From the NCBI GenBank assembly GCA_963699255.1, contig OY969425.1:1110001-1142000 (forward strand): a DNA stretch of 32,000 nt, written 5' to 3'. The translations under genes and the position numbers were made by a program. How positions within the stretch are numbered: position 1 is the first letter of the stretch; each line of letters opens with the position of its first letter. Of the stretch, positions 17,861 to 24,602 are shown piece by piece. Source of the stretch: an uncultured bacterium. GTDB taxonomy: Bacteria; Margulisbacteria; WOR-1; CAVSGV01. The notes beneath the pieces were generated by a model, which was not told the DNA's origin, did not search any database, and saw only the letters and a program-made list of their open reading frames with translations.

Positions 17861-17869
17861 ATTATAACA
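17861..17869 (-). promoter_or_regulatory. Extended -10 box TGTTATAAT, 9 nt upstream of the gmk GTG start
   Basis: The minus strand reads TGTTATAAT-tCAGAGGTt-GTG(17851). The same 9-mer and the same CAGAGGT occur at ftsK. Confidence 0.4.
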
Positions 17870-17942
17870 GATTTTTCTTTACATAACAACTGCCGCATGA
17901 TAGGATTTAGCCCAGTAATTATTAATATGGGGAGGAAAATTT

Positions 17943-19022
17943 ATGAAAAAATCACTGTTTTTGGCATTCGTTCTTGTGTCAATGCTGGGCGCAAGCTGCT
18001 TCGCCGTCGGCGCTGGAGTGGGCATCAGGTCCATGGGAATGGGTGGAACGGGTATAGCGACAGCGACCGACATAACGGCGGCGTATTTTAACCCTGCGGG
18101 ACTGATGAACGGGCCGGAGAACTTTGAATTCCAGACTTACGCCGGAGGCACCGGAGGACAGATACAGGCGCTTGCCGATGCAGCCGCGGATCCCGATTAT
18201 CTTGAAAAGCACTTCGATGAAGACCTGAACATCAGTGCGAACATGAATGCGGACCTGGGCGTATCCGTAAAGAAGGTCGGGATCTCGGTCATAGCTCAGG
18301 CCGCGGGCGATTTCGTCCACCCCAAAAACTCCATCTCAAGCGGTTCGATATCCGCTCAGGGCCTCGTGATGACGCCTCTTACTCTCGGTTCAACTTTTTC
18401 TACCCCCGGACTTCCCGTCGCCAGCATGTCCGTCGGCGTGAACCTTAAGCCGATCCAGGTCATAGGCGGAGGAGTTGCAATAACAGGTGTTGGAACCGGC
18501 AAAAGGACATCCGCATCGGGTTCAGGTTTTGGCTTCGATATAGGCATGCAGACAAAGATAACCCCGTTCGTCACACTTGGAGCGGTGGTGCGAAACCTTT
18601 CGGCTTCATATACTACAACGACAAAAACCCAGGGGGTAACGGTCGCCCCGGACGGCACTATCACCGATGTTGGAGCAGAGACCTCGGCAAAAACCACGGA
18701 TACCCTGGCTCCCGAAACGGGGATCGGGGTCGGCGTCTCGATACCATTAATAGGGACATTACTTGCGGCAGACGCGGAAAATTACAGCGTGCCGGGGGAT
18801 AAATCATATGACGACTTCCATCTCGGCGTTGAGCAGGGCATGCTGGCCAATCTCTTGATGCTAAGGATAGGTTATTATACGGACGGGCCGGCGGAAGATA
18901 GCTTTTATACGTACGGCATCGGTTTGAACCTTGGACCGGCGACCATCGGCATAGCCGCGGCTAACAGTTCAAAAGACTCGGTGAACAGCGTTTCATCGGC
19001 GCAGCTTGGAGTCGCGTTCTAG
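17943..19022 (+). CDS. Outer-membrane beta-barrel protein, FadL/TraF-like
   Basis: It has SD GGGGAGG, a signal peptide (MKKSLFLAFVLVSMLGASCFA), the N-terminal motif SMGMGGTGIATATDITAAYFNPAGL (a GMGG...NPA hatch-type motif), alternating beta-strand patterns, and a C-terminal aromatic residue (LGVAF). Confidence 0.8.
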   Translation: MKKSLFLAFVLVSMLGASCFAVGAGVGIRSMGMGGTGIATATDITAAYFNPAGLMNGPENFEFQTYAGGTGGQIQALADAAADPDYLEKHFDEDLNISANMNADLGVSVKKVGISVIAQAAGDFVHPKNSISSGSISAQGLVMTPLTLGSTFSTPGLPVASMSVGVNLKPIQVIGGGVAITGVGTGKRTSASGSGFGFDIGMQTKITPFVTLGAVVRNLSASYTTTTKTQGVTVAPDGTITDVGAETSAKTTDTLAPETGIGVGVSIPLIGTLLAADAENYSVPGDKSYDDFHLGVEQGMLANLLMLRIGYYTDGPAEDSFYTYGIGLNLGPATIGIAAANSSKDSVNSVSSAQLGVAF

Positions 19023-19035
19023 GACCTGAACATCA

Positions 19036-19192
19036 GGAAATTTGGGATAATGGAATAGAGGAATACGGTTTGGGGATCCAGGAATAAGGGAAGATGGAAA
19101 CCAGACCAATCTGTCACATTAATGCTTTGTGTGTTTTCCTTAATCCCTCTTCCCTGCTTTCCCAAACTGTATCCCTTTATCCCCGATTCCCC
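19036..19192 (+). other. Long imperfect inverted repeat (purine-rich arm / pyrimidine-rich arm), candidate structured RNA or terminator
   Basis: The core helix pairs 19060-19082 with 19153-19175, with 20 of 23 positions pairable including 2 G-U. Further pairing occurs on both sides (for example 19096-19100 with 19135-19139). The arms are GGAA/GGGA-rich and TCCC/TTCC-rich respectively. Confidence 0.5.
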
Positions 19193-19205
19193 ATATACCC
19201 CCCGT

Positions 19206-19234
19206 TTGAATTGGCATAGCTTCTAGGCTATAAT
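19206..19234 (+). promoter_or_regulatory. Sigma70-type promoter TTGAAT-17 nt-TATAAT
   Basis: TTGAAT lies at 19206-19211, followed by an exact 17-nt spacer and a consensus TATAAT at 19229-19234. The box ends 6 nt before GTG 19241. It would head the run small membrane protein, tamB, bamA. Confidence 0.5.
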
Positions 19235-19240
19235 CAGCGT

Positions 19241-19624
19241 GTGCTGACCTTTTATCAAAAGATGATCATAGCCGTGGTAATTGCCACTTTTGCAGGCGAT
19301 CCTCTCATTTTTTACCTTAGAAGAACGCTTGTCAATCCGCACGTAAGCTTTGATATCGACATATCCGGTATGATCGAACGGGCCGCATTGATACTTGTGA
19401 TCGTTCTGGGCGGCAATTATGTCGTCCTTATTCCGTTCATTGTGCTTGTAAGGGCCCTATCCCTTATGGGAGAAGGCAATTTTAAGAAATTTTCCAATAT
19501 CATTAAAAGGGAGGAGCCTGCTATCCAATTCCAAAAAATAAGGCTAAAAAGCGAACTTGCGGTGACGCTGCTTGCCAGTCCCACCCTTGGAATATTATCC
19601 GGGATAATCGCAACGCTCGTTTAA
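19241..19624 (+). CDS. Small integral membrane protein (hypothetical)
   Basis: 127-aa ORF with 3-4 hydrophobic helices. The start is GTG at 19241 or ATG at 19262. It lies immediately upstream of tamB. Confidence 0.6.
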   Translation: MLTFYQKMIIAVVIATFAGDPLIFYLRRTLVNPHVSFDIDISGMIERAALILVIVLGGNYVVLIPFIVLVRALSLMGEGNFKKFSNIIKREEPAIQFQKIRLKSELAVTLLASPTLGILSGIIATLV

Positions 19625-19629
19625 GTCAT

Positions 19630-19773
19630 ATGAAAAAGTTCATATTTTTATTTTTGCTTGTGATCTTTGCGTCCGGCTGGTCCCCGATAGATACGATCCC
19701 CGCCCTCAAAAATCTGAAGACGGACATAACAGCACAGCTGAACGAGATCTTCGACAGGGAATATCTCCGTTGA
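19630..19773 (+). other. 47-codon ORF encoding a signal anchor; probable displaced N-terminus of tamB
   Basis: ATG 19630 encodes MKKFIFLFLLVIFASGWSPIDTIPALKNLKTDITAQLNEIFDREYLR and stops at TGA 19771. The tamB frame is open from 19742, so the two frames overlap for about 30 nt. The long tamB ORF on its own lacks any TM or signal segment. Confidence 0.55.
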
Positions 19774-19816
19774 AAGCGTCTCGGGCAGCCTTATAAACCA
19801 AATAGAGCTGAACAAT

Positions 19817-22800
19817 GTGGCCGTTGCAAAAGGTAAAAAACTGTCCGAAGGCTCGATAATAAAGGCGAAAAAAATAGTCATCAGCTACAATCCCTTTAAA
19901 CTGGCCGCCAGCAGAGGGAATATTATCGCCGCCATTTCACAGATCGAGATCATTGAACCGGAGATATTTGTGGAGCGAAGCATCCATGACGAATGGAACA
20001 TGGCCGGCCTTATACCGAAGTCAAAGCCGCTTGAGGAAAAAGAGAAGCCAAAGCCTCTGATGTTCTCGGGAAAAGTGATGATCAAAGGGGGTTACGGCCT
20101 TTACGTGGACCATATGGGCTGGGGCGAAGACCTTAAAGGCAAAGCGTTCACCACAAAAATAAAGGACTTTAACGGAGAGGTTAAGCTCTCAGGAAATAAG
20201 ATCGAACTTTCTGTCACGGCAACTTCGGTAATAGACTCCTCCGTCGCTTTTACGAATACCACGGGTAATTTGAACGTGAAAACAGGCAAATACCGTTTTG
20301 TCGTCATCGCAAAGAACGTTGATCTGGAAAAATGGGGATATTACACATTGAACATCCCTCATTTTAAGCCGATCTCAGGAAGATCCGACATGAAAATGAC
20401 GATGACGAATCCTCCACCCAGAAAAAAAGGGTTGCCTATATTCTTTGACGGGCAGTTCTACATCAAAGACGGCAAGGCAAGGATCTTTGACCGCTCGTTC
20501 AGCGGCATGAACGGGTTCGTAAGCATCCACGATGAGGACGCGAGGTTCAGGAACCTTACCGGATACAGGGACAGGGTCCCTGTTACGGCAAACGGAAGAT
20601 TGTATGATTTCTCCACCGCAAATTACGATCTGACCCTTGATATCCTGAAAACCGGTTCAAGGGAAATATGCCGCGCTTTTCCTGAACTGGCAGGCATCGA
20701 TTTTTCAGGAAAAGCTTCAGCGAATATTCACATAGGCGGAAATTACGGCCATCCGATCTTTAACGGTTATACGATAGCAAACGGGAAACTTTTGGGTCAA
20801 CAGTTAAGCGGCAGGCTCAACTTTTATTCGGAAGGACCCGTTCTTCAGATCAGTTCCGATAACATCTCGGCATATGGAGGGAGATTATACGCGAAAAGCA
20901 TTTTTGATTTCACGCCGACCATACCATTTTTTGATGTCAGCATTTCCGGCGAAAGCTTGGCTCCGGGAAAAGCCCTGCCGATAATCCCCGGACAGAAAGA
21001 AGCGAACCTGCAGGCCAGCATAAAGGGGTCGATGCAAAAGTTCGCGATCAAAAGCGATCTCGCTTTCTCCGGCGGCGGTGCTATATCAGGTTTCGGAACA
21101 GTTGAAGCGGATCATCTTGATCTGCTGCTTTCGTGCACAGACCTGAAGATCTCCTATGATCAGCTCCATGGAAAACTGAACAGCTTCACCGGGAAGCTGT
21201 CCGGCGACCTTCGCGACCCTGAGAAAGACCTGTCACTTGAAGGAGAACTATCCATTGGCGATTCAATGATAGGGGTGCAGCCGATATCGGAAGCAAGCGC
21301 CGCATTTATATATAAAAATAATCAAGTGGATATATCGTCTCTCACGTTATGGTCGGGCAATTCCCGCTTCTCCGTAACAGGGAAAACGGGACTGAACTGC
21401 AAAACCGATCTGATAATTGAAGCGAGCAGCGCGGAAGCCTCCGATCTTAAGATATTGGATGCACTTTTGCCGAAAGAGCTGACGCCTGTTTCAGGAAAGC
21501 TTGATATTTCCCTGTCCGCAAGCGGGGAAATAACGAACATTAAAAAGATCGATCTTTCCACTTTTTCCGTTTCAGGGAGCTGCCATCTAAGAGGCGGCTC
21601 GATCTCCTATGAAAACCTGAAAGAAGCGAAGCTGAACATGAACTGGGAAAATTCCTGCCTCACCTTAAGGGATTCCCGAATAAGAACGAATGCGTCGGAC
21701 ATACTTTTGAACGGTTCAATTGAAGCCGGCGGAAAGATCGACCTGAACATATCGGGAACTCTTGAAATGGCAAACCTGAGGCCGCTGACCATTAAATACG
21801 GCAGGCTCTCCGGATCATCAAGGATCGCTTGCCATCTGGAAGGAAAAACCAGCGATCCCAGCGTTGACATCGATTTTGACAGCGACGATCTAAGGTACAA
21901 TGAAATAATAATCGACAGGGCATCGGGAAGGATCGTATACGACGGCAAGAATATTTTATTCGCGAAACCCCTGACCATAAACCAGGCGGATGACGAATAT
22001 ACGATATCAGGCAGCATCTCGATCGCGAAAAAGCCTGACCTGTCCCTGAGGCTTGATGTATTAAAAGGCGATCTACACACGGCCGTCGATCTAATAGATA
22101 AGGTGAACACCGAGATCGGCACAAAACAATTATTTGGCGTGTCAGAGAAGCGGAATACGATCGTCCTCAATCCAAGCGAGTTCCAGTTCCCGGGAAAAGG
22201 ATCCAAGCTGATATACAATAGCGAGGGGAATAAAACAACCCTTGAAGAGATGAAAATGGCTGAAAGCGAATCATCCACTTTTGGCAAAACAATGAAGGAA
22301 AAGGCCGGCAGGAACGCCAAAGGTAAATTTGCCGGGTTCGTGGAGATCAAGGGCGGCATAGACAATCTTTCGGGCGCGCTGGAGTTTAAGGTTTCCGGCG
22401 GGACATGGGAATCGTACACTTTTGACGAGATCGGCATTAAAACGGGCCTTGAAAACGGGACGTTCGAGGTTTCTTACGCGTATATCAAGAAAGGAGACGG
22501 GATCCTTGCCGCCCGCGGTTCATTTAATCCCCTCTCCTCCGCGTCCCTGGAGATCATAGCGGTCAATATGCCGATAGATTTTCTCTCTCTTTTCATAGGA
22601 AGGGGGAAGTCCTTTGACGGGAAATTCAACATGGCGGCTTTTCTGCACGGGCCCGTTGCATCGCTTGAGGGATACGCAAGTATCGAAGCGCAAAAAGTCA
22701 ACATCGGAGGCGTAAATCTTGACACCATTGTTTCAGACGCCGATTACAGCAACAACACGCTATATTTCAAAAAAATGGAACTTGTGACCGGCGACAAGAA

Positions 22801-24445
22801 AGCCGTCATCAGCGGTCGGCTCCCGCTCGACCAATCGGACATTTCTCTCGGCATAACAATGGAGGGTGAAAGTTTAGGACTTCTTACCCTGGCTTCTTCC
22901 GGCATTTCATGGATCAACGGAACAGGACAGGGTTTCGTGAAAATAACAGGAAGCTTGAGACATCCCAGGTTTAACGGGCACCTCAGTATAAGTGATGCCT
23001 CCGTCAATTTGAAACCTGTTGAATCGAACCTGCAATCAATAAATTCGGAAATAAAAATCAGCAATAACATGATCTCAACCGAAGGGTTTTCGGCAAAGTG
23101 GGTAGGCAAATGGACCCAGAACAACATCAACAAGGTCAAACTCTACGGGAGCCTGGATCTGAACAGCCTATTCTCCAAAGATAAATCCATGTATATTAAT
23201 TTAAGGGCAAATGACGGGGATTTCATTGTTGACCTGCCAAATTTATATAAAGGGGACCTGGAGATCAAGAACTTTTCATTGATCGGGCCGTTGTGGCTTG
23301 GATCGGATAATCCCAAAGCCCCGAAACTTTCAGGAACTTTCAACCTGAGCAACGGAGTAATAATACTTCCAGACATGAGCAAGAAGACAGATCTGCCTCC
23401 CCTGTCTCTCGACCTGACCTTTAACATACTGAAGAATTCCTATGTTTCGGCGGGAGACATAAATAACCTGCTAAGCACGGACCTGAGCAACCTGAACCTG
23501 AACCTTGAGCTGGAGGGACAGAACATCTCCATCACCGGCCTCCTGGATGCGCCAAAGCTACAGGGAAGGACGACTTTCAGTCGCGGCACTGTAAATATCC
23601 TTAACAGGGAGTTTTCCCTTATGTCGGAAGACAGGCAAAAGGAGATCTTCGGCTCCGATCTTGAAAAAGTCAGGCCGAATACGGCGGATTTCCAGGGCGG
23701 AAGTCTCCCGAACCTGACCCTCGCGGCGGAAATAAATGTGAAGTCGACTGAAAAGACAGCCGCGACCGCTCAATCAAAAAATCCCACATACGTCACAACA
23801 AATGTGCTCGTTATATCAAGGATAACGGGGATCCCGTTCTCCAAAGAAAAAGAAGAGGGTCTGAACCTCACATTCTTTTCTTTCATTGAAGACACCTCAA
23901 AGCAACCTTCGGAGTTTACTCCCACCACCTATACCGAGGAAGATATCAAGGTGCTGCTCTTGCCCGACTTCATAAAGAGCTCACTTGGGATCTCCGAAAA
24001 AGGCGTCGGTGAAGTTGACGCCAGCGATGTGCTTGCCGATTATTTGAACAGCAGATTGAATACGTACCTTCTCAGGAACGTTGAACGCAACCTTGCGAAA
24101 AGCCTTGAGCTGGAGAGTTTAACGCTTGAGTATAATTTTGGAAAAGACCTGAAGAACATGATGCCTACAACAAAAACCCCTATTGAGATAGGCCCGCAGG
24201 AAATGCCGGAAACGATGTACGGTATCGGGGCCGTAAAGAGCTTTTTTGGGAGGTTATATCTTGACGTAAACTACTCGCAGGCGGTTGAGGACCAGGCGAT
24301 CATCAATAAGGCTTTCTTGAATTATCAGATCACTTATAAGCTGAATCCGATCCTTTCTGTGGTGTATTACAGGGAGCCTTTCAATTTCATTGAACAAGAG
24401 AGCGATTACTACAAGGTAACGCTAAAAGCCGGTTATCAGCTGTGA
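19817..24445 (+). CDS. tamB: TamB/AsmA-like translocation and assembly module protein (DUF490-type C-terminus)
   Basis: 1542-aa ORF, beta-rich and repetitive, with Gly/Ser/Asn-rich strands such as G-x-L-x-L-x-G. The C-terminus (YQITYKLNPILSVVYYRE...YYKVTLKAGYQL) is typical of TamB. It lies directly upstream of bamA. The annotated GTG start is probably not the real N-terminus. Confidence 0.85.
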   Translation: MAVAKGKKLSEGSIIKAKKIVISYNPFKLAASRGNIIAAISQIEIIEPEIFVERSIHDEWNMAGLIPKSKPLEEKEKPKPLMFSGKVMIKGGYGLYVDHMGWGEDLKGKAFTTKIKDFNGEVKLSGNKIELSVTATSVIDSSVAFTNTTGNLNVKTGKYRFVVIAKNVDLEKWGYYTLNIPHFKPISGRSDMKMTMTNPPPRKKGLPIFFDGQFYIKDGKARIFDRSFSGMNGFVSIHDEDARFRNLTGYRDRVPVTANGRLYDFSTANYDLTLDILKTGSREICRAFPELAGIDFSGKASANIHIGGNYGHPIFNGYTIANGKLLGQQLSGRLNFYSEGPVLQISSDNISAYGGRLYAKSIFDFTPTIPFFDVSISGESLAPGKALPIIPGQKEANLQASIKGSMQKFAIKSDLAFSGGGAISGFGTVEADHLDLLLSCTDLKISYDQLHGKLNSFTGKLSGDLRDPEKDLSLEGELSIGDSMIGVQPISEASAAFIYKNNQVDISSLTLWSGNSRFSVTGKTGLNCKTDLIIEASSAEASDLKILDALLPKELTPVSGKLDISLSASGEITNIKKIDLSTFSVSGSCHLRGGSISYENLKEAKLNMNWENSCLTLRDSRIRTNASDILLNGSIEAGGKIDLNISGTLEMANLRPLTIKYGRLSGSSRIACHLEGKTSDPSVDIDFDSDDLRYNEIIIDRASGRIVYDGKNILFAKPLTINQADDEYTISGSISIAKKPDLSLRLDVLKGDLHTAVDLIDKVNTEIGTKQLFGVSEKRNTIVLNPSEFQFPGKGSKLIYNSEGNKTTLEEMKMAESESSTFGKTMKEKAGRNAKGKFAGFVEIKGGIDNLSGALEFKVSGGTWESYTFDEIGIKTGLENGTFEVSYAYIKKGDGILAARGSFNPLSSASLEIIAVNMPIDFLSLFIGRGKSFDGKFNMAAFLHGPVASLEGYASIEAQKVNIGGVNLDTIVSDADYSNNTLYFKKMELVTGDKKAVISGRLPLDQSDISLGITMEGESLGLLTLASSGISWINGTGQGFVKITGSLRHPRFNGHLSISDASVNLKPVESNLQSINSEIKISNNMISTEGFSAKWVGKWTQNNINKVKLYGSLDLNSLFSKDKSMYINLRANDGDFIVDLPNLYKGDLEIKNFSLIGPLWLGSDNPKAPKLSGTFNLSNGVIILPDMSKKTDLPPLSLDLTFNILKNSYVSAGDINNLLSTDLSNLNLNLELEGQNISITGLLDAPKLQGRTTFSRGTVNILNREFSLMSEDRQKEIFGSDLEKVRPNTADFQGGSLPNLTLAAEINVKSTEKTAATAQSKNPTYVTTNVLVISRITGIPFSKEKEEGLNLTFFSFIEDTSKQPSEFTPTTYTEEDIKVLLLPDFIKSSLGISEKGVGEVDASDVLADYLNSRLNTYLLRNVERNLAKSLELESLTLEYNFGKDLKNMMPTTKTPIEIGPQEMPETMYGIGAVKSFFGRLYLDVNYSQAVEDQAIINKAFLNYQITYKLNPILSVVYYREPFNFIEQESDYYKVTLKAGYQL

Positions 24446-24503
24446 ACAGAAACATCGCTGCATGGTTTATAGCCAGCTTGAGAAATAAGTTGAACTGCAA
24501 GTG

Positions 24504-24509
24504 TATAAT
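24504..24509 (+). promoter_or_regulatory. Candidate -10 box (gTGTATAAT) upstream of the bamA leader
   Basis: A consensus TATAAT sits 12 nt before the heptad palindrome. There is no convincing -35. Confidence 0.3.
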
Positions 24510-24520
24510 AAGTAAACTAT

Positions 24521-24602
24521 ATGAGAGAGATGGGAGATGAGAGACGTGAGATGTGAAAAGACAGATCTCATCTCCCATCTCACATCTCGCATCTCATTTT
24601 TT
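24521..24602 (+). promoter_or_regulatory. Heptad-repeat palindrome plus T6 tract (terminator/attenuator-like) between tamB and bamA
   Basis: Four GAGATGN heptads (24521-24556) are followed by the 7-nt spacer aaagaca, four inverted NCATCTC heptads (24564-24597) and TTTTTT (24597-24602). A perfect 16-bp stem pairs 24527-24542 with 24566-24581. Confidence 0.6.

Noticed and set aside
19742-19773. A programmed +1 frameshift of the prfB type at AGGGAAUAUCUCCGU-UGA joining the anchor ORF to tamB.
   Set aside because: The P-site codon CGU cannot re-pair in the +1 frame (GUU), and no slippery run is present. A sequencing error or a mutation is more parsimonious. I kept it only as something read data should settle.
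21607-22437. 276-aa minus-strand ORF, along with several other long antisense ORFs in the track: 1179-1772(+), 9414-9986(-), 10327-10929(-), 16344-16772(+), 25743-26264(-), 27897-28562(-) and 29360-29935(+).
   Set aside because: Each lies entirely inside a strongly supported gene on the opposite strand (tamB, the binding protein, DegT/deacetylase, coaBC, bamA, parA/parB, the ATPase). Their translations are low-complexity Ser/Pro/Arg/Leu-rich sequences with no recognisable motif and no SD. They are shadow ORFs.
24521-24597. A CRISPR-like or tandem-repeat array reading of the GAGATGN heptads.
   Set aside because: The units are 7 nt long, contiguous and without spacers, and are arranged as two inverted blocks. 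No cas genes are present. It is a palindrome or hairpin, not a CRISPR array.
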